The translations under genes were made by a program, and so were the position numbers. A stretch of DNA of 52,826 bases. It comes from Lenisia limosa (Eukaryota; Protista; Breviatea). The notes beneath the pieces were generated by a model. It saw only the letters and a program-made list of their open reading frames with translations. It made no database searches and had not been told where the DNA came from. The DNA lies in assembly GCA_001655205.1 (NCBI GenBank), contig LPNZ01008798.1:1-52826 (forward strand), written 5' to 3'. Below, one piece after another: positions 1 to 11,932 of this stretch. Each line of letters starts with the position of its first letter. Position 1 is the first letter of the stretch.

Positions 1-690
1 AGGTGTATACTGCTTATTGTGTAGAAGTGCGGTATTGAAAAGATATCCATCCTCGCAAGTTTTGAAAGAGAGTTACCAGGATGGCACCCTGAGTTCCCTG
101 AAACAAAACTGTATCAGCTACATCATCAAATATTTACAAGAGATCAATTGGATTCACATTGATTTGAGAATACGATACATTTCATTTAACAAAAACCCAG
201 TACAAAACAAAAACCCTGATCTGAATACGTTGAGGCAAAAAAACAAAACAAAAATCAAGCAAGAAAAGACAATCAATGAACCTAAGCAGTAACAAGTCAA
301 CAACCTAGAACTAATAACTCATAGAATCAGACAGAGGGCCAGCAAGGGCAGAACGTGCATAACTTATCATATTTTTTTTATTACTACATAAAATATATCT
401 CATTTAAAATAAAAGATATAGTATATCGATATGAGTATTTATATACATACTATATACTCATGGAATTGATTTCGGCATCATTTTCTCAGGGATTTTGTCA
501 TTTACCTGTCATTGGAGCAAAAATCATCATTTGTCAAAAGTATTTTGACACTGCTTTTCATGGCGACTTCAATTTTGGGGTGATAATCATCAGGATCTTC
601 TGTTCTCTCTCTTTTTTTTTTGTTCATTTGAGTCCTCTTCTCCTCTTCTCTCTTCAGAATTCAATGTAACCATGTTCAAAAAATACTGCC
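1..690 (-). CDS. Possible partial multi-exon gene running off the left edge, function unknown (approximate)
   Basis: Minus-strand exon-like stretch ...EEDSNEQKKERTEDPDDYHPKIEVAMKSSVKILLTNDDFCSND followed by a GTAAAT donor near 505, and further AG/GT-bounded segments near 320-360 and 80-120. No family recognised. Confidence 0.3.
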
Positions 691-1248
691 AAAATGCGGT
701 TTCACTCTCCTCCTCGCCCATCCCTGATCTTCAATTTTAGCGATCAGCATTTTTTTGTGTGACTGAAAAATGATCTTCTTCTCGGGGAAAAACATCATTT
801 TTGGCAAAAATGACAAAAGTTCCAGGGAAGAATGTCTTTTTCCAGCTAAAAATGATAAAACTCCCTGGAAAATGATAAAAAAAAAAAATCCCATNNNNNN
901 NNNNNNNNNNNNNNNNNNNNNNNNNNNNNNNNNNNNNNNNNNNNNNNNNNNNTAAAAAGGGGCCCAAGTGAATAAAAAGAACAGTTTTTTAAAAAATGTC
1001 TTGTTTTTGCTTTTTCCGTCTGAGTGTACCTTTTCTGAGAAATGATGGAAAAGTGAGTAAACAATGATTTCAAAACTAAAATAAGAGAAACAAGACAACA
1101 TAAAAACTATTCATGAGAGCTCCAACCTCAAATAAAATCTCGCAAAAAGGAGAGTGAACTGGAAGGACTGGACTTTTTGAAAATTTTCGACACTCGGAAA
1201 TAAATATATAGTATATATTATATAGTATATATTGTATATATGATATAG

Positions 1249-1878
1249 TCAAAGCTCCGGACATCATTCAAAATCTCCGGACACATCAAAACTCCCGGAC
1301 AGCTTGAATTTCCCCTATAAAAGTACTATAAACTTCATTTTCTTGTTATTTTCGAAAGTAATTTCAGTCATACCACAGGATAGAATGCCTTGGCTCAAAC
1401 CCAAATTAAGTCACTTGGCTACCCGTTTGCGGCCCTTAAACTGCCACANNNNNNNNNNNNNNNNNNNNNNNNNNNNNNNNNNNNNNNNNNNNNNNNNNNN
1501 NNNNNNNNNNNNNNNNNNNNNNNNNNNNNNNNNNNNNNNNNNNNNNNNNNNNNNNNNNNNNNNNNNNNNNNNNNNNNNNNNNNNNNNNNNNNNNNNNNNN
1601 NNNNNNNNNNNNNNNNNNNNNNNNNNNNAGATAGATTGAGAAAAAATCCGTGAAAAGGCAAAAGGGGCCACCCCCGGGACCAAATTCACGGATTTTTGAC
1701 ACTTGCTCAAAATTGAAAAAAAAAGTTGGGGAACATTAAGAGGTCATTTTCTCTATATTATATCTGTCGAACCAGTTTTGTGTTAAACATTACCGTTGAC
1801 CCATACAAGGGGTCAACTTCAAGCTGTCCGGGAGTTTTGATGTGTCCGGTGAATTTTGAATGCTGTCCGGAGCTTTGA
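1249..1878. mobile_element. MITE-like non-autonomous DNA transposon with ~60-bp terminal inverted repeats
   Basis: 1249-1308 (tcaaagctccggacatcattcaaaatctccggacacatcaaaactcccggacagcttgaa) is a near-perfect reverse complement of 1818-1878. Each arm has three CCGGAC submotifs. The left end TA-TAGTCAAA resembles Tc1/mariner/pogo ends. The interior is non-coding and contains a gap. Confidence 0.8.
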
Positions 1879-2104
1879 GGACCCACATATATGATATCAT
1901 ATAATATATACAAATAAATATTTAATTTTTTTTGCATTTTTCACTTTCTACTAATTAGTTTTGGCGAAAATTGGAATGGATCAGCGTTTTTAAAAAATCT
2001 GGGCCCCTTTTTATGCACTTTTAATTCACTGACTATATTACTATAATACTGGTAAAAGTTATCTAATTCCATCATCAATTGAATTGAAGGGCAACCACCA
2101 ACTA

Positions 2105-4480
2105 TTAAGCTTCTCGGTCGACTCTGGTCAAGCGCTTCACCTGAGCTTTCAAGTCATCATTGTCGTGTTCCAGCTGTCGGCACTTCAAGTCATTGGCCTT
2201 GACTTTACTTGATAACTCTTCAGCCCGAGTCTCGGCCGCCTGTGCTCTTCCACGTAAAGCTGCAAGTTCAGGTGATTTCATGGAGTCGGCTGCGGAACGA
2301 CGGGCAGCTTCCACTTCCAATTCTGCATCATGCGATGCAGCCTTAAGAACAATTGCTTCCTTTTGTAACCGCTCCACAATTTGCTTATAACGATCTCCAG
2401 ATTCCTTGTGCACTCCTGACATGGCCTCACAAACAGACATTTCCTTTTTCAACTTGGACGTTTTCTCCACTTGCTCTTCATAACACTCCTTCATTTCATG
2501 GTAACCCTTCTCAAACTTGTCCCCTCTTGTCTGGTGTTCCTCAAGCTCTCTCTCAGCGGCTTCAGCTCTCAGGAGAAGTTCCCTCATCTCAACCCTTGAT
2601 GAGGATAGAGACGACAATAACTTTTTCTTCATTTCCATCTCTAGTGCCTCCAAAGCTTCTCTTGTATCCTTTGCGTCCTCCAATGCCTGGTCCCTACTCG
2701 ACTCTGCTGTCATCAAGTTGATTTTGGCCTCCGCTGCATAGGATTCTGCAATTTCGGCTCTCTCATTTGCTAAAGCAGCAGACACATTGGCACGACGCTC
2801 ACCTTCCTGAACCTGTATTATTACCTTATTTTGCTCCAGCTCCTTTGCTCGAAGGGACCGTGAGGCTTCCAATGCGTCAGCAGTTGACTGACGAAGCTCT
2901 TCTTCTTTCTGCTTTTCCGCCTTCTCTACCTTTGACAACGCTTCTTCAACTCGAACTAAACTTTGATTCGTCTCCTCTTGAGCAGCAAAAAGGTAATCAG
3001 CTAGTTGTTTCTCCCTCTTCAATCCCTCCTGCACCTCCTCCTCAGCTGACATTGCCCTTTCCGACGCAATTGCAAGTTCCTCTTCAAGTTCATCAATTTG
3101 ATCGTTGGCGGCAGCGGCTGCAGATTTCGCCTGCACAAGTTCAGCATTCAACTCTTGGGAACCTTCATATGCTTGTTCCACACTTGTCTCCAATGCCTTG
3201 CGAGCTTGTGCTAATTCAGCTTCCAAAGTCTTCACTTGCAAGTTGCAATCCCTGAAACTCTCATTAGCTTGTTTCCTTTCGATGGTTGTCTTCTCTAACT
3301 GTGCCTCAAGAATCGCTTCCCTTTTGTTTGCTTCTTCTGTCATAGCAGTCATCTTCTTTTCTCCTTCAACAAGTTCTATCTTCAGCTGATTAATCTGATC
3401 CAGTGTTTCAGCCAATTCAGTTACCCCCTGGGATTTCTCCTTGCTGAGATCTTCACATTTCAAAGACAGTAATTTCGCTTCAGAAACTCCAAAGGATAAT
3501 TCTTCCATTAATTGGCAGTCAATGTCTGTTTGCGTATTCACTGTTGCTTTCATCTTATATTTGGCCTCTTTTTCTTTTTGCAACTCTACAATTTCAGCCT
3601 AAGCCAGTAAATAAGGCAAATGCAATAAAGGAGAAATTTAATTTACTCAATAAAATGGGGGTAAAATTACTCTCTGCACCCTTACACTTTACTAAAGACA
3701 CACAAAAGATACACACACACACACAAATATTAACTTGTACAAGTGTAAAAGTCACAGTAATCAAGAAAGATGATCGGGATGGTTAGAAAAAACATGTTGA
3801 CCCATATCACTGGTGCACCAGTGATAGGTTATGTCTACGAGTGGATATAGCGGAGTGAATTTTGTTTATTTCAGGATGTTCAGAGGGATGAACGCGGCTT
3901 TAGTCCAGTGAATCACGAGGAACATCCGCAAATAATCAATGAAAAAAACTCACGACCATCCACTGCCACGAGTAGATATGAGCAATCATCATTATTTACA
4001 GTGATTATCATATTGGCCCAAAATCGTCTTGCAAAAGAAAGGCCTTGCTTCACCGTCTGGAATATTCATTCCCTTTGCCAACCTTCTTTTGTTCCAACTT
4101 TTTGTAAAGATCAGAAATTACTTCATCCGAAGGAGCTCTCTAGAACAAATTAACCATCTTGAAAAGAAAGAATGGAAGGTCATTTCAGGGTCAATTGAAA
4201 CCTCATACCAGAGAAGAAATAGCCTTCGAGACAATTCCTGCACTTCTGGTTAAAGCTGCACCAGCTACAGATTTTGAACAATTCACTTGTTTCATTACTT
4301 CCTCAACGTCTGTATCACTGAACTGAAAGTAGTCAATACTTTATTGTGCTCAAAATACCATTTTATCTGCGTTTGCAGCTGCATCAGCCTGAAATAATGC
4401 GAGCTCTTCCGCTTCTAAAAAATAAAATACAGAAATGGGAAACCAATATTGCTGTATCAGGATAAAGTTGCCTCCACATC
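2105..4480 (-). CDS. Long coiled-coil protein (multi-exon; large terminal exon 2105-3598; 5' end approximate)
   Basis: The 492-aa E/K/A-rich heptad ORF starts at TTG and is really an exon. In-phase splicing reads ...ANADKM|FSDTDVEEVMN|KSAGIVSKAISSL|RAPSDEVISDLYKKLEQKK|AEIVELQKEKEAK..., with intron 3599-4082. Confidence 0.8.
3805..4044 (-). repeat. Dispersed repeat family A, copy 1 (intronic), with a 22-bp perfect palindrome at 3805-3826
   Basis: The reverse complement of 3964-4044 matches 15061-15172 (ctttcttttgcaagacgattttgggccaatat...aatcactgtaaa...atgattgctcatatctactcgt). Palindrome: tatcactggtgcaccagtgata. Confidence 0.75.
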
Positions 4481-5319
4481 ATCATTTCAAATCATAACAC
4501 ACATATAATGACCGCGATGTCATGACACGGATATTGAGGGGAGTATATATTCTACGCCTGGGGAAACATTGCATGGTGGATCTCAGTCTGCGTCTCTGGA
4601 ACCGGGTGTATATTTCTTAGGACCAAAATATAAGACTAACAGTGGCAGTGATAGAGGCAAGCGTGAAGCGTGATCAAAGAACCTTCAGTTAGAATGGACT
4701 CAATGGTAATGGAAACGTTATTAAAGCGATGAAATAGAAATCAGACTTCCGTAACAAGAGTTACACTTTTTATCTCGAGGTAGTGTTGATTCTAACGTGA
4801 GTATCTTAATATGTTCCATTATCTTATTGAGATCCATTCGGATAACCTGCACTATACTAAAAATGAAATAAAACCATTCTCCACTGAAATAAAAGAAGAG
4901 AAAAACTGCTCCGGAGAGTCGAACCCCCCCCCCCACTACAGGCATGACTGAAACCGATACGATGTAAGGTTTACGATTTGGCTCATAATGGGCACTTTTC
5001 CCAGTTAGAGTAAATACTCCCCATGTTTATCCTTAGTCAATTTTATCGGAACCACGGTGTAGTATGAATATACAATTTAGTTGACAATACCACTGAAAAG
5101 TATGATTTCCCCAAGCTTATTTAGAAATTTCAAGAACATGAACTTTCGAGAGGTGAGAGCCAAGATGTCATGAAAATGGTGATCTCTTTATTTGGTGAAA
5201 CTCTCCGGTTTATATCTCATGGCATGATCGATGGGAGTCATTACCACTTTCCCATTTGTCTCCGACCATACATATGTATTTATAGATTCATAATATATAC
5301 GAATAAAGCCCACATTGGC

Positions 5320-5388
5320 GTCAGGACTAATCTACTACCCCATGCATGTCAGGACTAATCCACTACCCCGTGCATGTCAGGACTAATC
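5320..5388. repeat. Tandem repeat, 28-bp unit x ~2.5
   Basis: gtcaggactaatc(t/c)actacccc(a/g)tgcat at 5320 and 5348, partial copy at 5376; lies just beyond the CH gene stop. Confidence 0.9.
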
Positions 5389-5439
5389 GCAGCCACTGTA
5401 CGTAATACCTTATGCCTTACAACTCCATATATATATACA

Positions 5440-6536
5440 TCATGCCTCCTCAGGCAAATTTAACCCAAGCCACCAACTTGATTCAACTCTTTCTTTGACA
5501 AGAGCAAGATAAATGAGGGTTTCACGGTTTTGTGTTCCAGCAATTACTTTTTGTGGACTAAGAATGCTGGGGATTCCAGCTTCCTCATCCAAAATTGAAA
5601 GAGCACGACTGATTTGTTTTTCTCCTGCCTAAATAAATTAAACCAAGTTTGCTCAGAATTCACAGAATGATAGTCTGTTTTTGAGGCATGCCGCCCTTAC
5701 TTCATCCGTTACTTCAGCCTCTGGGCAAACAGCTTTTACAACTCGGGGCAAAATGCTCCCCTCTAACATCCTAGAACCGTCACTCATTGGAACCAAAACC
5801 ATTGTGAGTAGTGCATAAAAANNNNNNNNNNNNNNNNNNNNNNNNNNNNNNNNNNNNNNNNNNTTTGTTTCCTGGAAGCGAATTGATCCAGGCTAAAATT
5901 ACAGTGCTTGCCTGTCCATCACCTGCTAGTTTAAGTACAATCCCTTCAAATTTGACTGAACGACAACAACCGACCTTCGCCGCCATCTTTGGAAGAAATC
6001 ACATGCTGCATGCAAGCCCAAACCATTCCAAGAATTTGTTTTTGGCTCTTTTCATTCAGATCTAAACAATCAGTGAGGTTAATACACGAACCACTTGAGG
6101 TGCAAGTAAACTCAACATTGACATTGGAAGACAAAAACTCGAGCAAACGGCTGAAGTTCTCCATCTATTTTTGTAATTGCACATCCTAAGGTCAATTACT
6201 TACTTTCTTAAAATGCAACTTTGAAGGTACAATTTTTGGAGGGGCCTTCCCACATACTTCTCGGGCAAATGGGACAAATATTTTTTCTAAACCAATCAAC
6301 AAGGCACAGGGAAATTGGTACTGGATAATGCTGCTAAAAATAATCATAACATTGATAAATACCACATAAATACATAATAAATTGAGGGAGAACACTCAAA
6401 AAAAATCTTATGACAATAGCAAACCATTAAAGAGGTCTGTTTCCAAAGTGCTAATGCCCAGCTGGTGCTTTCTTAACAAGGCATTAACCCAATGAGTGAA
6501 TGCCCTTGACTGTATCTCAATCCAAGAAGTATCCAT
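5440..6536 (-). CDS. Tandem calponin-homology (actinin/filamin/cortexillin-type actin-binding domain) protein with no rod
   Basis: MDTSWIEIQSRAFTHWVNALLRKHQLGISTLETDLFNG (CH1 start), ...QKQILGMVWACMQH, ...VILAWINSLP (CH2), ...ALSILDEEAGIPSILSPQKV...LIYLALVKERVESSWWLGLNLPEEA*. One assembly gap inside. Confidence 0.85.
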
Positions 6537-6873
6537 CTTCTTTCGCTCGTTGGGTGTCAATGTGAAAATGTGTCAAGGGGCTGCAAAGACGCCACCTTAC
6601 CAACCGCCATAAATCAATTTGGCCAACACCTTTGCTTTTCAACAAAAAAGAAGATGTAGATGCATGTGTGAAGGTTTGATGTAAGGGGTGAGGATAGTTA
6701 GGATCGCTAGGATCAGGTCCAGGGATCAGGTCAGGATCTTAGGATCGCCACAATTCACGGAAACCACCTTTTTTTTAACCCTTTTCTTGCCCCAATCTTG
6801 CCCTTTTCCACCCTATTTTACCAAGGGTCAGCTTTGGGTCTAGTCTGTAGCAGAAAAGTGGACTTTTGCTTGG

Positions 6874-9800
6874 ATGGAAGGAACCAGTTAATTGTTAACG
6901 ATGATTTCAAATCGATTGATTTCTCCTCACCAAGAGACTCTCCTTTCGTTTATTGATGCACACTGTCATACTGAAAGCATTATTGAGGTAAATTACTGAC
7001 TATAAACTTAACTATTCAGGATCCATCTTCGGCAAATAAGGTTGAATCAAATGCAAATAGTTGTTCCGTGAAGCAACAACAAGGGCTTCTGCCCACTGCT
7101 CCTATTGTAACAGAACTGGCTTTTTTGTCATGGTGGTCAAAAGTTGAAGACCTTGAAGCAAAACTCGAAGAAAGTGCTTTCAGGTGAGAGTTTTAACAGT
7201 TTACGTCCTAGTATATTTGGAAGAAAATTTGACACCCTTTATTTGGCTTGTCAAGATGCAATTTCTGCGGTGACTCTTTGTGAAGAAGATCTATGCATTT
7301 TAACGCAAGCCCTGGAATCAATTCAAGAGAAAACGGGTTCATTACATCAAACTTGTAACCGACTTGTTGCTGAAGAGGTTGGTTGGAATATCTGTTCATA
7401 ATATTATTATTCTGTAACCCCATATTTTAGCAAGCCCTTTCTCACGTTGTCACACAAATTAGCCAACAACTTGCTTTGTTTGATGACCTTGATAGAATTT
7501 CTCGACTTGTTTCCGGTTTGTTACCCGCCCCCCCTTTTTTTTTTATATTACACATAGGCGGAGGATCATACAGTAATTTTTCCATCACTTCTCCATCATT
7601 TATTCCCACTTTGCAAAGAATTGATGAGTGTATAGCAACGTTATCAGATGTTAGTTTTTTATGACTTAACATAAGGCACAAAATGGTGACAGTGAGTTAC
7701 ACAGTTTTCAATTCAGACAGGTACAATCAAGAGCCTTTTCGATGATCAAGGTAAGTACCGATATCTTTTTTTGTTTTTCTAACAAGCAGACGCATTTTCA
7801 GAGAGTTTTAACCCACACTGCTGAAAAACTGTCCTCATTAAATAGTTCCGATCTTTCTTCAAGCACAGCTAGTCTAAATGGCGATCGTCACAGCCCACAG
7901 GTTTGTTATGGTGAGACTTATGGTTTTCTGGAGGAAGCCCACAGGTTTGTGATATGGTGAGACTTATGGTTTTCTGGGGGGAGGGGGGGGGGGCGACGAC
8001 ATAGCATACATCAAGGTATATATCATACTATGTAATATGTCTGGGAAAAGGAGGGAAAAGACAGTAGGGAGATTTAATTATCAAATTTCGCTGCAAATTT
8101 CGATGTCCAAATTTCGACGTCGAAATTTGCTCAAATTTCGCTTTTTGGCCTCTAGTTTGTCAATTCATTAATAACTACGTTTTAACATCTTAATTCAGTC
8201 AATAACTGGAGAGGAAGAGGGTTCAATACGGCAGGGAAATAATTTAAAGCAAATCAAACCCGGAAATTAATCCAAAAACTGTCAAAGATCACTAATTCAA
8301 GGGATTAGCAACGGGACAATATAATGGAGTGCTATCAACAATTAATAGCTAACCTCATGTCATTAGGTGTATGTCTCTTTCCAAGCTCTGTCTCCTCAAC
8401 TCAGGCCTCTTTTCAGTTTTCTAGAAGAACACGATTCTGACGAACAGTTTGTTGACTTTTCTTGAATCACCATACAAGGTACATGCAGCTTCAAGAAGAA
8501 TTGGTTTCTGTTTATAGTCCATTCCGGCTTCAACTACTGAAACCGATAGTTGAAGATAAGTTGACGTTCCTTTGTAAGTTGCCCTTTGGTGTGATTCTTG
8601 TTTAGTGATAGGTGAAGGCCTGGTTCCGATGTTACGTTCTGGTCTCATGTACATTTCAAGACTTTGTCGTGCTGAAGTTAATTTATTTTCAAATTTCTTT
8701 AATCGCAGCCAACATATAAAGTTTGAATATTTAGATCTTTACAGTTTAGAACATATCTTCTTGAAGCTTTATGTGAACTCTTCCATGACTCCCTGCGTCC
8801 TCATTATCTCAATGTATGTGAATATTATAATACTATTATACAATATGATATGATATAATACGTGGGTATAATACTGCCCTGTAGGTTACTCTGAGCGTAG
8901 ATGTGTTAAGTACAGTCGTGTTAACACTCCTTCAAGAAGCTTCAACCTTGAGGCCAGGTAAGCAACTCTCAAATCTCTAACTCGCAGGATCTTCTTCTGA
9001 TGAAGCACTCCATCTCCTCCTTATTAATATCATTGCTGATGTGAGGGAAAGGTTAACGAAGAAAGCCTATCAGATGGTTGCAATCAAGATTTCTGGTGTG
9101 TTCTTCTTTTTTTTCTAATATTATTGAAGACTATTCCCCACGACCTGATGAAATGAACTACCCTATGATCTATAGAAGGTGGTACAAGGCGGCAGAGGCG
9201 GTTTGTTCTTTCTTATCCTCTTATCTTTAAGAATGAAGAAGCACCTTCATGGATATTCCCTCCTCTTAAAAATACTACCCACCTTCTAACTTGTCTTTTC
9301 ACTACAATAGATGTGAGTTTCAAGAATAAGTTACGGATTTACTCGCCCAGAAAGAGGTATTCGCAGATATTGCCTATAGTGCAACAACTTCATGTCTTGA
9401 GGCTCTGACTGAAGCTGCTGACAAGATATCTGAAATTGTATACTATTTTTGCGCAATTACTTTTTAGGATTCCTTTGTTGGGAAAATGTTTCTTGTTTCC
9501 CACCTTTATCGACTACGTTCGTTGGGGTTCAACCTTGAACTTCCTCAAGCATTGTGACTTTTTAGATGAAGAGCTGGTGAATCTTGCCCCAGATATTATT
9601 GCTACCAACACTGCCTATGACTTCAGTCCGATAATTGGTTGGGAGTCTGTTTTTCCTCAAATACCTGGTTGATCATTAAGAACCCGATTTTAAAATATCA
9701 ACAATGTCAAAGCATCTCTCTATTTTTATGATTTAGATGTATTTTGGCGAGTCCTTGGGGGTGGTATCAATCCCTCTAATCTAATTCGACTTGATTCAGA

Positions 9801-10830
9801 AAATGCGATCGTTAAAACATTTTACGATTCTTTACCAAAGGTTTGCCATATTGTACTGTTTCTTTGTAACCCCAAAGGTTGTCACAACAGAAGTATTAGT
9901 TTTAAAACCAATTGCTTCATCGTTATCTTTGGCATCAAGACAAGTTACAATGGAAATTACAACCGACCTTCTTAATCCACTTCTTCTATTTCTGGCTAAG
10001 GTGTGTGTATGGTCATTTAAACACATGTGAACTTCATAATATTCCACGTAACACCTCACACCGACAAATCTCAGTATAACTTTGATACAAGCGAAGTGAC
10101 CCTCGGGTTGTCTTCGTTCATCATTTTGACTCGGAAGTTGAAGTTAACAACAAGGTGGATGCATTTACAAAAGTGAAGGCTGCTTCTTCTTCGATATCAA
10201 ACATAGGACATCAGGCATTTGCACAACCAGGTTGGGGAATAGTTGTTTTCTTACTTTTAGACAAAATTACAAATCTATTACTTGGCACTTTGAGTTCCGT
10301 CAGCAAAGTGCGGCCACTTTTAGTTGTTGCTCGTTTGTGTATGCCTGACCCATCTTCTTGGGAAAACCTTTGGGCTTCAATTAAGGTCAGATTTATTTTC
10401 CATTTCACCCTATCAGGAACCTGTCCTTGAGGCATACTCATCAATAATGGACACACTGACCTCTTCTACTTTCGATGGGGTGAATATCTCTTTGGAACAC
10501 CTTCCCACAATAAATACTATCGGAGAAGCTCTTGACTCTGTTTTACTTAATTGGCTTGAAGAGTCTTTGTTTGTACTTATTGTGGTGTAATTTTTTAGAA
10601 TACACACCCAAGAGAAAGACTTGAAGGCAGAAGGAAAGAATGAACACAAGGAGGAGGCTGCCTCATCTCATGTTATTGAAGTTGTCAATGAAGGTAAGCT
10701 TGTTGTGTAAATTGATATCCAGTTCCACCCCAGCTATTGAAAAAGCCGGACCTCCTTGGTAGACGATCATCACAAGAGCTTCAAGAAGTGACCTCTGAAA
10801 AATCTGAATCCTGTTTTAATGAAGATAATA
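6874..10830 (+). CDS. COG3: Conserved oligomeric Golgi complex subunit 3 (Sec34); ends approximate
   Basis: Colinear COG3-like blocks: KTGSLHQTCNRLVAEE, SPSFIPTLQRIDECIATL, VYVSFQALSPQLRPL, LVPMLRSGLMYISRLCRAEVNLFSNFF, FLKHCDFLDEELVNLAP, GHQAFAQP. Many short GT-AG introns. Confidence 0.85.
7892..7977 (+). repeat. Tandem duplication (period 44 bp) spanning a COG3 5' splice site
   Basis: agcccacag|gtttgttatggtgagacttatggttttctgg at 7892 and again, with a 2-nt insertion, at 7936. Confidence 0.9.
8082..8140. repeat. Intronic cluster of five CAAATTTCG motifs including a 22-bp perfect palindrome (8108-8129)
   Basis: Direct copies at 8082, 8094, 8108 and 8132 plus one inverted copy; palindrome caaatttcgacgtcgaaatttg; inside the long COG3 intron 7901-~8367. 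Confidence 0.85.
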
Positions 10831-10859
10831 TATAAAAGAACTATTTTCTATTTCAAAGT

Positions 10860-11932
10860 TCAACTTAGTGATGGAAGAGGTTTAAGTGGTGGTATTTGAG
10901 AGGGCTGTCTTTGGTGAATTGACATTAACTCCTTTCTCCTTCTTTTCTTCTGCAAATGCGTCTGCAGAAACTACACAATTAATACTCTGAGAGACTCACC
11001 CACCAGGTTAATTGTTTTTGACTGTTCACTGAGTGCTCGAATAGCCACACTTGCTGCTGATATTGTTTGTAGTAAACCATCAATCTAAACCATTGTTATC
11101 TATATGTTTTTGATACCTCTTGGCCAAGTGTTATATTCTGAACAGGGGCTTCTGGAATGTTGAAGTCGTTTTCGTCAAAGTCAGAAATATCCTCATCAAG
11201 CAATTTCTCGAAATAGTTTGCCATCTCATTAGTTGTTTGCATTTCAATCTTTTTTGCCTAAATCGTGAAGATATAAGAAAACCAAACCTGACTATCTTTG
11301 GGATGTGTTTCAACAGAGCTTTCTTCTTCGATTTCAGTTCCTTGATTATTAATAACCATGATTGAATCCGTTGAATTGAGAAAGGAAGAAGAAACCCAAT
11401 CCGAGGCCTTCGCTTCTTCAACAATTAAACATTCCGATTCTTCTTCATTTTCCTCTTCTTTGTCTTCTTCAATATCAAAAGCATTTTCAACTTGATCAAC
11501 TACAGCTTCTTCAGTGTCAGTGACATTGGGGAAGATCGGGGAATTCGGTGAAGGAACTTGAGGCGAAACAGCTTCTTCTTGAGGGACCGACTCGTTATTA
11601 TCACCCTTTTCTTCTCTGATAGCATTTACTGTTGTGGAAGGGACGAGAAGGTTGCTACAAGGATCACTGTCTGTCACAATCTTCTCTTCTTCCGCCTGCT
11701 TCTCCTCCTTTATAAAAGCTTCTTCTTTTGTTTCTTCTGTAGTAACCTCTTCATCAACTTGAGGTGATGTTGCTCTGATCCTCTTTCTCTTTGAAGGTTC
11801 ATTGAGCAACTCGTCAAATAAAGCATCCTTGCCAGAAGGCTTGAAGGATTTTCTTCTTTTGGCTCTTGTACTTGTCATGATAGGTCTTGCTTGAGCACGT
11901 GATTTTGGCATGAGTTGGCAGGAGATCAGCAT
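10860..11932 (-). CDS. Acidic, low-complexity protein of unknown function with basic N-terminal patches
   Basis: 224-aa ORF (RAKRRK and KRKRIR patches, E-rich) that splices to ...MQTTNEMANYFEKLLDEDISDFD...GQE|IDGLLQTISAAS...|FLQTHLQKKRRKELMS...LPSLS*. Confidence 0.7.

Noticed and set aside
505-562. KILLTNDD resembling the SurE nucleotidase N-terminus
   Set aside because: The conserved NDDG glycine is absent and too little downstream coding sequence matches the other SurE motifs.
2105-3583. Intronless ORF suggesting retrocopy or horizontal transfer
   Set aside because: It starts at TTG behind an in-phase acceptor and is the last exon of a spliced gene.
4905-4975. tRNA T-arm/B-box-like GGTTCGACTC on the minus strand
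   Set aside because: No matching 5' acceptor strand, D-arm or A-box upstream; the G run accounts for much of the match.
5320-5388. 28-bp repeats as a possible CRISPR array
   Set aside because: Units are contiguous with no unique spacers, there are no cas genes, and the context is eukaryotic.
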